From IMG/VR virus record IMGVR_UViG_3300027976_000026: 64,000 bases of DNA. The stretch is one strand, 5' to 3'. Position numbers and translations under genes: made by a program. The DNA is from an uncultured virus (IMG/VR IMGVR_UViG_3300027976_000026) (lineage: Duplodnaviria; Heunggongvirae; Uroviricota; Caudoviricetes; Straboviridae). Of this stretch, positions 39,158 to 48,567 are shown piece by piece. Numbering within the stretch: the first letter of the stretch is position 1; each line of letters opens with the position of its first letter. The notes beneath the pieces were generated by a model. The model saw only the letters and a list, made by a program, of their open reading frames with translations, was not told the origin of the DNA and ran no database searches.

Positions 39158-40053
39158 TGGATAAGATTACAGAAGCACTAAAAAAGCTCTTACCCGAATC
39201 TGAGATTAACGAAGTCGCAGCCGCCGTCAAGGACATGCTAGAGCAGGCTAAGGTAAATCTCGAAACTGAGTACAATCAGAAACTTGAAGAAGCCTATGCC
39301 GAGCTTACTAGCGAGTTGGCGAATGCTGAAAAGACAGCAGAGAAAGGCTACGAAGAAGCATATGCCATTATTGGCGATCTTCGTAACCGTCTTGAACTTC
39401 AAGGCGAAGAGTACAAGTCAGCACTTGAGGAAGGATATGAAGAAGCATATCAGATGCTCAAGGGCGAACGAGACAAGAATCAGCAGCTAGAAGTCGAGAT
39501 GTACGAAGAGTACGACAAGAAACTGTCTGAGATGAAGGAATACATTGTCGATAAGGTTGACCAGTTCTTGCAATTCAAGGGCCAGGAAATCTACGAACAA
39601 GCCAAGCGGGACGTATTGAACGATCCTCGTATGGCCGAACACAAGGTTACTCTGGACAAGATCATTGATCTGACCAGCAACTACTTGTCAGATGATGATT
39701 TCGCATCAGTATCTTCCACAAAGTTGGAAGAAGTCAACAAGAGTGTTGAAGAGATGAAGGGACAGCTTCGCATTATGGAAGCTAGAAACATTCGTCTATC
39801 TACAGACAACACCAAATTGAACGAAGCCGTGCGTCAGTCTCAGGAACTCATTACAGAAAGCCGTAAGGCCATCAAGTCTGTAAAGAAGTCCGAGGTTGTT
39901 AACGAGCAGAAAGAAAGAACACAGAAAGTAACGAATGTAACGGGGAGAGGTAAGACATCCGATGATGGTGTAGTGATTTCGGAATACGCTGCACCCACAA
40001 ACAATGACGTGGATCAACTGTTGATCCTGTCGGGTTTGAAACAAGCTCAATAA
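39157..40053 (+). CDS. prohead scaffolding protein (T4 gp22-like)
   Basis: Acidic coiled coil between the protease and capsid genes. Confidence 0.8.
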   Translation: MDKITEALKKLLPESEINEVAAAVKDMLEQAKVNLETEYNQKLEEAYAELTSELANAEKTAEKGYEEAYAIIGDLRNRLELQGEEYKSALEEGYEEAYQMLKGERDKNQQLEVEMYEEYDKKLSEMKEYIVDKVDQFLQFKGQEIYEQAKRDVLNDPRMAEHKVTLDKIIDLTSNYLSDDDFASVSSTKLEEVNKSVEEMKGQLRIMEARNIRLSTDNTKLNEAVRQSQELITESRKAIKSVKKSEVVNEQKERTQKVTNVTGRGKTSDDGVVISEYAAPTNNDVDQLLILSGLKQAQ

Positions 40054-40094
40054 GGCTAACTCCAGCAATAACATAACCAGAGGACAACTCTAAT

Positions 40095-41531
40095 ATGAAC
40101 GCAAATTCTCGATTTTTGAACGAAGCTAAGGAGCTAGAATCTCGTTGGGGCAAGACCGGACTCCTCGAAGGTATTCAGGACCGTTACGTTCGCTCTGCCA
40201 CAGCAGTTCTACTCGAAAACCAGAGACTCATGAATGAAGTCTCGACCGACACTGGCGACATCGCACAGTTCAAGCGCATCAGCATTCCGCTGGTACGTCG
40301 TATTTACCCACAGTTGATCGCCAACAAGATTGTTAGCGTTCAACCATTGCTAGGCCCAACAGGTCTGGTGTATTACCTACGCTTCCGTTACAGCAGCAAC
40401 AAGGGTGGAACCCGTGGTGCTTCTAACAACGGTGGTTTCCCAGGTGATGACGCCAACTCGTTGATGCAGACCGCTGACGGTACTGCCAACCTGGACATTT
40501 TCTACACCCACCAGTTCATTCAGAACGAAGTAACTTCGACTGATTCTGGTACTGACGCTTCTGCTGTATTCACTCCTTTGGAGCATACACCAGTTTTGGC
40601 CGGTACTGTAACTGGTACGATTTTTGATGGCAGCACTGCTGTTCAGACATTCATCGTATCGTCCGGTGGTAGCTTCACCTTCACTGACATTGGCGCTCCT
40701 AGCGTTAAGGTCACAGCAGGTAGCTTGAACAATAACACTGGCGAACTCGCCATGACCTGGAACTCGGCTCCTGGCGCTAACCACGCTGTCATCAGCTATG
40801 AGTACAACATGGAGTGCCAGCAAGACCTCCCAGAAATCAACCTCGTGATCGAGTCGGAAGAAATTGCCGCCAAGACCCGTAAGTTGAAGGCTGTTTGGTC
40901 ATACGAAGCACAGCAAGACCTCCGCAGCCAGCACAATCTGGATGCAGAAGCCGAACTGACCGCTGTATTGGCTCAGGAAATTAACCTGGAAATAGATCGT
41001 GAAGTTTTGACCGACCTGCGTAACAACGCTGGTACTGTCACAGCTTGGGACTTCAATACTGCTCTTGGTGAAACCATCAAGGAAAAGTATGAATCTCTGT
41101 ATGTTAAGGTTGTTGAAGTTTCTAACGTCATCCACCGTAAGACCCTCCGTGGTGGTGCTAACTGGCTCGTAACTAGCCCTGAAGTTGCCTCGATCTTCGA
41201 GACAGCAACAGCAGGCTTCGCACCAGCACCTAGCGAAACATTTACTAGCAGCCTGGGCATCCAGTATGTTGGTACAGTGAACAATAGGTGGCGTCTGTAC
41301 AAAGACCCTCTGTTCCCATCCAACCAGATTTTGATGGGTTACAAGGGCGATAGCTACATGGATAGCGGTTACTTCTACTGCCCATACGTTCCGCTGACAC
41401 AGACACCTGTGGTCCTCGACCCAGAATCGTTCTGTCCTCGTAAGGGAATTTTGACGAGATATGGAAAAAAATTATTGCGTGAGGGTGCTAAATTCTACGC
41501 ACGCATGTCGATTGCGAATTTCGTGATCTAG
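40095..41531 (+). CDS. major capsid protein (T4 gp23-like)
   Basis: LLENQ, LVRRIYPQLIA..VSVQPLLGPTG, AKTRKLKA.WS.EAQQDL, EINLEIDRE, YCPYVPL, P.KGILTRYG. Confidence 0.97.
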   Translation: MNANSRFLNEAKELESRWGKTGLLEGIQDRYVRSATAVLLENQRLMNEVSTDTGDIAQFKRISIPLVRRIYPQLIANKIVSVQPLLGPTGLVYYLRFRYSSNKGGTRGASNNGGFPGDDANSLMQTADGTANLDIFYTHQFIQNEVTSTDSGTDASAVFTPLEHTPVLAGTVTGTIFDGSTAVQTFIVSSGGSFTFTDIGAPSVKVTAGSLNNNTGELAMTWNSAPGANHAVISYEYNMECQQDLPEINLVIESEEIAAKTRKLKAVWSYEAQQDLRSQHNLDAEAELTAVLAQEINLEIDREVLTDLRNNAGTVTAWDFNTALGETIKEKYESLYVKVVEVSNVIHRKTLRGGANWLVTSPEVASIFETATAGFAPAPSETFTSSLGIQYVGTVNNRWRLYKDPLFPSNQILMGYKGDSYMDSGYFYCPYVPLTQTPVVLDPESFCPRKGILTRYGKKLLREGAKFYARMSIANFVI

Positions 41532-41563
41532 TTTTTACGCTGCTATAAAAAGAAATCGTAAAA

Positions 41564-41598
41564 AAGAAACCTACCGACACTATGTCGGTAGGTTTCTT
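41564..41598. terminator. bidirectional terminator after the capsid gene
   Basis: AAGAAACCTACCGACA-CTA-TGTCGGTAGGTTTCTT. Confidence 0.9.
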
Positions 41599-42775
41599 AT
41601 TGGTTTTTACAAACGTAGCTGCGAAGAAGTGCTTCTTTCGTGTCCACGTTTAGCGACTTGAGGTAAACTTCGTCCCACACCAGGAACACCCCGCCCTCAT
41701 CCCTCGCAAGTTCCTTGCCTCGATTTTCCTTCGCTATATTGATCTCGTCTGTCCTCTTAAAACCCGGCTTCACTTCGACAAAGTAAAGTTTTTCGTCACC
41801 AATGTATTTGACTAGAAAATCTAGCACATATCTATGGGTTTTTCCCAGGTAGACATAATCAATCCCGAACGGCTCGAAATCATACCACTCGACTGATTGA
41901 TTTTCGCTTAGGTGGATGTGAGCGATCAATTCCAGATGCGATCTGAAATAAGGGTTCGTTTTCCTGCATTTGCCTGCCGGATGAGAAATCCATCCTGTTA
42001 TGTGTCCTTGATTCCATCGTCCTCCAGCCCACTTTCCCGACGTAATTAAGTCGATCATCGTTTTGCTTTGCTTCTGATTCCACTCTTCTGGCCTTGTAAT
42101 GCCTTTTGCCCAAGGATTTGCGTAGCTTTCAGCGAGCCATGTTGTGCAGTTCTGGCGTAGATAATCTTTCATTTCTGGTAGTTGGTTGTAGTGTTCAACT
42201 CCATATTTCTCCAGAGTGGTGATTGCTCCTTTAACTCGGACTTCAGGCAAGCTCAAAGGATTATCTACTCCATACCGTTCTTGACAAGTTTGTCGCATTT
42301 TCTCCTGGATTTTTTCAGATTGAAGAGGAAAGTCTACGCCATATTTTTCTTGCATAGCTTCATTAAGTCGCCGTATGCCTTCATCGGTTTTCATGATATG
42401 GTCGGCCCCATATCGCTTCACAGAAGTTTCCCGTCGTTTGTTGACAATTTTCTGCGTAGATTCCTCAGTACCGAACATCTTTTCAACCCGTTCAGCGATC
42501 TTTTCCGGTGTATTGATCGGCATGGCAGTGCCATATTTTGCGATATTGGTTTTCTCAATTTTATCTCGAACCTCTTTGCGATTAGCGGGGTTATTCGCTG
42601 CCATTTGACATGAACGGCAAATATGCTTGCCGCCATGTGCATCAGCATTCTTTTGAGCAACGCTGTATATTGGCGTAGACTCCGTTCCGCACAATTTGAA
42701 CCCGCCGTTACAATCGTACTTGATCCGCACCCGTTGTCCAGGTAGTAGATTCGCAGGAATCTTTTCGATGTACAT
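41597..42775 (-). mobile_element. free-standing homing endonuclease with KYG repeats and a TnsA-like PD-(D/E)XK domain
   Basis: Repeated (K/R)YG(V/A/T) units; YFRSHLE, FEPFGIDY, RYVLDFLV, FVEVKP. Confidence 0.75.
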
Positions 42776-42818
42776 ATTTGCTCCTTGTACGGGTCAAAAA
42801 AGTTTTCAAAAATAAAAT

Positions 42819-42852
42819 AAAAACCCGTAGTCGTTTCCAACTACGGGTTTTT
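42819..42852 (-). terminator. terminator closing the repeat-protein operon
   Basis: AAAAACCCGTAG-TCGTTTCCAA-CTACGGGTTTTT. Confidence 0.8.
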
Positions 42853-42874
42853 CGTTGCATCGACCTAGTCGAGA

Positions 42875-43039
42875 TCAGTTGGTTTTCTTAAACCAATCAG
42901 GACGCATTTTGCGAATCTCCGCATCAAACTCAGGATCATATCCTTGACTGTTGAATACAGCTTTTGAGAGCGGTCGTGGCTCGCCATTACGAGCCATTTC
43001 CATAAGTTGTTGCTTCTTCGCCTTTGCTTCGTCACTCAT
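42875..43039 (-). CDS. 54-aa single-repeat mini-protein (not in the ORF track)
   Basis: Manual translation: MSDEAKAKKQQLMEMARNGEPRPLSKAVFNSQGYDPEFDAEIRKMRPDWFKKTN*. Confidence 0.75.
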   Translation of the reverse strand: MSDEAKAKKQQLMEMARNGEPRPLSKAVFNSQGYDPEFDAEIRKMRPDWFKKTN

Positions 43040-43104
43040 CGCTACATTATCCAAATCAGATAATTAAGTAACCACTACGCATCATACCAAAAGATTATTG
43101 AGTG

Positions 43105-44436
43105 TCAACTCCTGAACCAATCAGACCGCAGTTTTCGAATTTCTTTGTCGAAGTCTGGGTCGTAAGAACCACCTTGATTAGTATAATGAGTTAAAACCTT
43201 TCCTAATTCTCCCGTCTTTTGACTGGGTCTTAGTTCACCATTCTTTGCCATGTCCAGAAGTTGTTGTTTCTTCTGGTCAGCAATATCAGATGTTAATACA
43301 AACCAATCAGGTCTTAAATTTCTGATTTCCTTATCAAATTCTGGATTATAACAGCCATTTTTTAGACTTGTATAAGAAGACAACATGCCTCCTAATTCAT
43401 GTTTTTTATTATTTGGTCTTGGTTCACCATTTTTAGCCATTTCCAATAGTTGTTGTTTAGCAATATTAGATGTTGAGATAAACCAATCAGGTCTGAGATT
43501 GCGAATCTCTGCGGCAAATTTAGGATCGTAACATTTTGATACAGTACAAATGTAATTATTAAACACCGATCCCAATTTAGTTTTTCTCTTTGGTTTTGGC
43601 TCACAGTTTCTCGCCATTTCCAGAAGTTGTTGTTTCTTCTCGCTTGCAACATCGAACTGAGATATAAACCAATCAGGTCTAAGTTCACGGACTTCCTTGT
43701 CAAATTCTGGATTATAACAGCCATTTTTTGGATTAGTATAAGAAGACAACGTGCTTCCTAATTCATGTTTTTTATCATTTGGTCTTGGTTCACCGTTTCT
43801 CGCCATTTCCAGAAGTTGTTGTTTAGCAATATTAGATGTTGAGATAAACCAATCAGGTCTAAGCCTACGAATTTCTGCATTAAATTCAGGATCAGATCTC
43901 ATGTAATGATTAAACGCAATTCCTAATTCATGTTTTTTATCATTTGGTCTTGGTTCACCATTCTTTGCCATTTCCAGAAGTTGTTGTTTTTTATCGCTTG
44001 CAACATCGAACTGAGATATAAACCAATCAGGTCTGAGATTGCGAATCTCTGTGGAAAAATTAGAATCGTAACATGGGTTTTTTGGATTAGTATAAATTCT
44101 CAAAAAAATTCCCAAGTTATGCGTCCGTACTTTTGGTATTGGATGTTCTTTACGAGCCATTTCCAAAAGTCGCTGTTTCTTCTGTACGGAATTATCAAAC
44201 CAATCAGGTCTAAGTTCACGGATTTCTGCGTCAAACACATCATCATAACAGCCACCTTTAAGGCGTATATAGTTGCGAAAAACCGATCCCAATTTAGTTT
44301 TTTTCTTTGGTTTTGGCTCTCCGTTTCTCGCCATTTCCAGAAGTTGTTGTTTATTCTGGTCAGATTGAGTTAAGCAGAACTTCTCCCAGCCGTCAATTGA
44401 TTCTAAGAGTTGTAATTGCCATGTTTTGAGTGTCAT
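43105..44436 (-). CDS. 7-repeat protein B (about 60-aa KKQQLLEMA...RPDWF repeats)
   Basis: Seven repeats counted; ATGA overlap with the upstream paralog gives start MTLKTWQ at 44436. Confidence 0.85.
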   Translation of the reverse strand: MTLKTWQLQLLESIDGWEKFCLTQSDQNKQQLLEMARNGEPKPKKKTKLGSVFRNYIRLKGGCYDDVFDAEIRELRPDWFDNSVQKKQRLLEMARKEHPIPKVRTHNLGIFLRIYTNPKNPCYDSNFSTEIRNLRPDWFISQFDVASDKKQQLLEMAKNGEPRPNDKKHELGIAFNHYMRSDPEFNAEIRRLRPDWFISTSNIAKQQLLEMARNGEPRPNDKKHELGSTLSSYTNPKNGCYNPEFDKEVRELRPDWFISQFDVASEKKQQLLEMARNCEPKPKRKTKLGSVFNNYICTVSKCYDPKFAAEIRNLRPDWFISTSNIAKQQLLEMAKNGEPRPNNKKHELGGMLSSYTSLKNGCYNPEFDKEIRNLRPDWFVLTSDIADQKKQQLLDMAKNGELRPSQKTGELGKVLTHYTNQGGSYDPDFDKEIRKLRSDWFRS

Positions 44437-45794
44437 TTTATTTTTCTGAACCAATCAGACCGCAGTTTTCGAATTTTTTTGTCGAAGTCTGGGTCGTAAG
44501 ATTTATGTTTTAGTCTTGTGTAACAACCCAAAACCGATCCCAGTTTATGTGTTTTTTGATTTGGTCTAGGCTCGCCGTTCCTTGCTATCTCCAGAAGTTG
44601 TTGTTTCTTCTGGTCAACAATATCAGATTGAGTTTTTTTATTTCTGAACCAATCAGGCATAAGTTCACGAATTTTTTTGTCGAAATCTGGATCGTAAGAA
44701 CTGTCTTTTGGTTTTGTGTAATAAACCAAAGCCGATGCCAATTTATGTGATTTCCTATTTGGTCTTGGTTTGCCACGACGTGCCATATCGATAAGTTGTT
44801 TTTTTTTATGATTTACGGCATAACGAAACCAGTCGGGTCTAAGGCTGCGAATTTCCTTATCAAAATTTTTGTCAAAGGTATTGCCTACGGTTGTATATTT
44901 GCTTAAACAACTACCAATGTGTTCTGAAATTTTTGGTCTTAGTTTTCCTCGTCGTGCCATCTCTAAGAGTTGTTTCTTCTTTTGGTTGGCACGCTCAGAT
45001 AGAGACACAAACCAATCAGACCGCAGTTTTCGAATTTCTTTGTCGAAGTCTAGGTCGTAACAATTAGATTTTGTAGTGTATAAAGTCAATGAATGGCCCA
45101 ACTCATGTACTTTTTGAATAGGTCTTGGTTCACCACGACGTGCCATCTCCAAAAGTTGTTGTTTCTTCTGATCGGCAATATCAGATAAAGATGAAAACCA
45201 GTCAGGTACGATTTTGCGGATTACCTTGTCAAACTCTGGATCGTAGCAATCTCGCTTGTGTTCTGTGTAAATACGCAAGACATTTCCTAGACCATCTCGT
45301 TTAGGTTTTTTCTCTCCATTCCTTGCCATCTCCAAAAGTTGTTGTTTCTTCTGATCGGAAATATTAGATCGAGACACGAACCAATCAGGTCTGATCTTAC
45401 GAATTTTTTTATCAAAGTCTTGGTCGTAGCTGCCGCTTTTTTGACTCGTATAGCAAGTCAAACCAGATCCCAATTTATGTGATTTCTTATTTGGTCTTGG
45501 TTTGCCACTATATGCCATCTCTAAGAGTTGTTGTTTCCTTTTCTTGGCACACATGAACCAGCGGGGTATGCGTTCTCTGATTTGCTTGTTGAATTCTGAA
45601 TCATAAGAACTGCTGTTGTGTCTCGTGTATTCATTCAAAACATACCCCAGAGGATGCTTTCCCGGAATGGGTTTTGTCTCGCCATTCTTTGCCATCTCCA
45701 TAAGTTTCTGTTTCTTCTGACTTGATTTAGATAAACAGAACTCCTTCCAGCCACTTTTGGAATCCAAAAGTTGTATTTGCCAAATACTAAGCAT
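44433..45794 (-). CDS. 7-repeat protein A
   Basis: Seven repeats; likely start MLSIWQ at 45794, overlapping the helicase stop by 8 nt. Confidence 0.85.
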   Translation of the reverse strand: MLSIWQIQLLDSKSGWKEFCLSKSSQKKQKLMEMAKNGETKPIPGKHPLGYVLNEYTRHNSSSYDSEFNKQIRERIPRWFMCAKKRKQQLLEMAYSGKPRPNKKSHKLGSGLTCYTSQKSGSYDQDFDKKIRKIRPDWFVSRSNISDQKKQQLLEMARNGEKKPKRDGLGNVLRIYTEHKRDCYDPEFDKVIRKIVPDWFSSLSDIADQKKQQLLEMARRGEPRPIQKVHELGHSLTLYTTKSNCYDLDFDKEIRKLRSDWFVSLSERANQKKKQLLEMARRGKLRPKISEHIGSCLSKYTTVGNTFDKNFDKEIRSLRPDWFRYAVNHKKKQLIDMARRGKPRPNRKSHKLASALVYYTKPKDSSYDPDFDKKIRELMPDWFRNKKTQSDIVDQKKQQLLEIARNGEPRPNQKTHKLGSVLGCYTRLKHKSYDPDFDKKIRKLRSDWFRKIK

Positions 45795-47679
45795 TCTCTG
45801 TCTGCCTTTTATAATGTGCTCGTTGAACTGCCATAAATCGGTACAGCGAGCTATCTTTGTCAAGATTTTCAAAGCCAATTCGACTTGCTTCTTCAACTTT
45901 TTCTTTCCAATCTGTTCCTAAGAACTGTTGGAGTCTTTGAAGGTCATTTGTATTGGCTCGACCTTCAAATGGAGAATGCGGAGCTATATGAGTTCTGACG
46001 ACTACGTCCCAACCATGTTCACGCACAAAATCAACAATCATTCCATCAAGTCGTAGATCAGGGTTATTTGGATTTTGTCGTCTTAGGAGTTCTTTACGGA
46101 GTCGTTCTTTGAGGACTTCATAAGAGACATTTTCCAAGATATAATCATCAAATGATTCGATGATATCTTCGATTACTTCGTTGATGGCATCTGGAGTGCG
46201 AAGGTCTTCTGGGATTGCAAGTACAGCTTGGAGCATTTCTTCGATTACATCGTTACGTTTAGAGCCGTAAACATCTTCAAGGCTGACGTATTTAACTGGT
46301 TCAGTGTCTTCTTCGTCGTCATCAAATGGCAATGTGGGCATGAGGATGGGATAGAACATATCATCGAGCATTGACGAGACGATAACTGCGTTAAACATAT
46401 CCGAGATGTTTTGGCGGATTTTATCTGATGGTGAGTCCCATTGTGCGAAGTATTCGATGTAATTGACCATTTTGACATCTTGTTTGTCTTTATGGTCTCG
46501 AAGACTGCGGCCCAATTTTTGGATGGCCAAGTGTACCGAACGATCAAAACTAGCGTTGTGGATTCGTGAGCATGGAGGCCAATCTGTCCCTTCTCGACCT
46601 ATCATGCAGGTGACAGCAACTTGAAAGTCATGGTCATCTGACATGAGTCGATCTTTATCTCGTTTTTGTCGATCTGGTCGTACTAGATCGAGAACCAATT
46701 TTGGTCCATAGATTTGTTCTAGTTTTTCTACTAATGTCTTAACCCATTCGGTTTTATTGGTGGTCTTAAAAAAGCTATTGCCATCTGAGGGAACAATAAT
46801 GAGGGCAGGTTCGTTTGATTCTTCTTTGACAGAATCAATGATCTGATTCATGAGTTGAGTGCTATTTTCATAGCAAACATAATTTTGTCGTAATTCACGC
46901 AGTCCAAGGACATTCCAGTGTTCCATGAATGGCACTCTGAAAATCTCGAAATCACTAAGATAATCGGTGTCAATAATGGCTTGTTTATTGCCACGATAGA
47001 AGAGTGCGGTCATTACATGAAGAAATCCCTCTTGATCCAAGAGGTATTTGCAAAATTCACCCAATCTATTCATTTCATAATCATCTTCACTTACGCCTGA
47101 AACATGTTGTATTTCATCGATGCGAAACGATGTATTTTTGATCGCACGTTTCTTTTCAGAATTGCTCATATTCTGAAAGGCTTTTATGAAGGCGGCGTAT
47201 GTAGCAACGCAAGTGACTCCTCCGAGGACATCTTGTTTTCTGAAGGAATCTAGGCTTTTTTTAGTTCGTTTTTCCAGAAGAAATTTACGAACACTTTCGA
47301 CTGAGCCATCATTTTCTTCACAGCAATTGGTGGTTATTTCCCAATGATAAATTTTGCCATCTATATTCAACATGGGGTGTTTTTTCTCAGTGAACCCATA
47401 TCCGATATTGAGTTGTGGCACAATAAAGATTTGTTTTCGTTCATAGTCAGTTTGGATAATTTCACGAGCTGCGTCGAAGATTTGCATTAAACTTTTACCA
47501 CTCCCTGTTGGTGCAACGGTGAGGGTGCGAGTTTTGCCGTCAAAGCTCTTAAATCTACGTATTTGATAATCTCGTCCAGCATACCCAAGCTCTCTTGGTT
47601 GAGATTGTTTTATCGCAGGCAGTTTGGCTTGATGTGGTTTCCAATTTGGATCTCTAAAACTGAAATCGGCAGGCTTCAT
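45787..47679 (-). CDS. SF2 DExH helicase/ATPase (restriction Res-like)
   Basis: RDYQ, APTGSGKS, FIVPQ, ATYAAF, IDEIQH, REGTDWP, IQKLGRSLR. Confidence 0.85.
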   Translation of the reverse strand: MKPADFSFRDPNWKPHQAKLPAIKQSQPRELGYAGRDYQIRRFKSFDGKTRTLTVAPTGSGKSLMQIFDAAREIIQTDYERKQIFIVPQLNIGYGFTEKKHPMLNIDGKIYHWEITTNCCEENDGSVESVRKFLLEKRTKKSLDSFRKQDVLGGVTCVATYAAFIKAFQNMSNSEKKRAIKNTSFRIDEIQHVSGVSEDDYEMNRLGEFCKYLLDQEGFLHVMTALFYRGNKQAIIDTDYLSDFEIFRVPFMEHWNVLGLRELRQNYVCYENSTQLMNQIIDSVKEESNEPALIIVPSDGNSFFKTTNKTEWVKTLVEKLEQIYGPKLVLDLVRPDRQKRDKDRLMSDDHDFQVAVTCMIGREGTDWPPCSRIHNASFDRSVHLAIQKLGRSLRDHKDKQDVKMVNYIEYFAQWDSPSDKIRQNISDMFNAVIVSSMLDDMFYPILMPTLPFDDDEEDTEPVKYVSLEDVYGSKRNDVIEEMLQAVLAIPEDLRTPDAINEVIEDIIESFDDYILENVSYEVLKERLRKELLRRQNPNNPDLRLDGMIVDFVREHGWDVVVRTHIAPHSPFEGRANTNDLQRLQQFLGTDWKEKVEEASRIGFENLDKDSSLYRFMAVQRAHYKRQTENA

Positions 47680-47680
47680 A

Positions 47681-48316
47681 TCATGACCTTATAAAGAGGA
47701 AGGTTCCCATGTCGGTTCTGGACGCTTTGTAGCAATAAAGCTGTTCTGAAACAGTCCAATCTGTTGGATTTCTCAGATGTTTTACTACTGATTCGACCAA
47801 AATTTTTGGATCAAATCTTTTACTGGAATGCCCATCTGACAACATCAGATTTGCCGCCACAACAGTTTTTGGTGGGCAGAGATTCATGGTTTTAGCGAGA
47901 TATTTGTGGCAACTCGTTTTGAGCACAGTTTTTGTGTAATCGAAATACACAAGTGCTGGATTGAAAATCTCGAAATTATCTTCGATTGTTTCGAGCCAAT
48001 CTCCGCACAGCCAGTTGGCTTCGGGATGGTTTTTTTTATTGAATTCAATTACACCTTCACCTTTGAGGTCGTTGTCGATTCCAAAAAATTGATTTTTGGT
48101 GATAAATCCAGCTTGGACCAACTGAACGATTTCTGATCCTTCTGTATCGGGTTGTTTATTGCAGAAGGTCCAGTAAGATTTTTCCATTGGAATTGAATGG
48201 ATGCCGGTAATTTTTCTATAAGCATTGATCAATTCTTGTCTTGCCTTTATCTTGGCAGAGTTCTTATAATATTCTGGCTGTTCGGCGAAATGATGTTTGT
48301 CGAATGGATTTTGCAT
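47681..48316 (-). CDS. putative class I SAM-methyltransferase-fold protein
   Basis: Strand pattern YWTFC / FFGIDND / WLCGDW / LVYFDY / VVAANL / MGTFLF; no canonical GxGxG. Confidence 0.45.
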   Translation of the reverse strand: MQNPFDKHHFAEQPEYYKNSAKIKARQELINAYRKITGIHSIPMEKSYWTFCNKQPDTEGSEIVQLVQAGFITKNQFFGIDNDLKGEGVIEFNKKNHPEANWLCGDWLETIEDNFEIFNPALVYFDYTKTVLKTSCHKYLAKTMNLCPPKTVVAANLMLSDGHSSKRFDPKILVESVVKHLRNPTDWTVSEQLYCYKASRTDMGTFLFIRS

Positions 48317-48376
48317 GTGTGATTTATAGCACAAATCACACAATTGTTCAAGGACAAAATAACTGATGAAGATTGA

Positions 48377-48565
48377 CACTGTCACAAGCCTTTAGATGGC
48401 AAAGCATCCGAGGATGTAATGAGCAATCAGATCAATGAAAATTTGTTTCCACCAAAGTTCTTAAACTGGCCTGTTCATTTGCATCACGATCATAAGACTG
48501 GCATGACAGTAGGTGCAGTTCATTCCCACTGCAACGCTGTATTATGGCAATATCATAATGAGTAA
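48377..48565 (+). pseudogene. 5'-truncated endonuclease VII-like (His-Me finger) gene
   Basis: In-frame TGA followed by HCHKPL...PVHLHHDHKTGMTVGAVHSHCNAVL*. Confidence 0.6.
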
Positions 48566-48567
48566 AT

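Noticed and set aside
4200..41323. Long antisense ORFs over real genes (e.g. 4200-4826, 9961-10569, 24285-24848, 40377-40823)
   Set aside because: No motifs; explained by codon bias on the coding strand.
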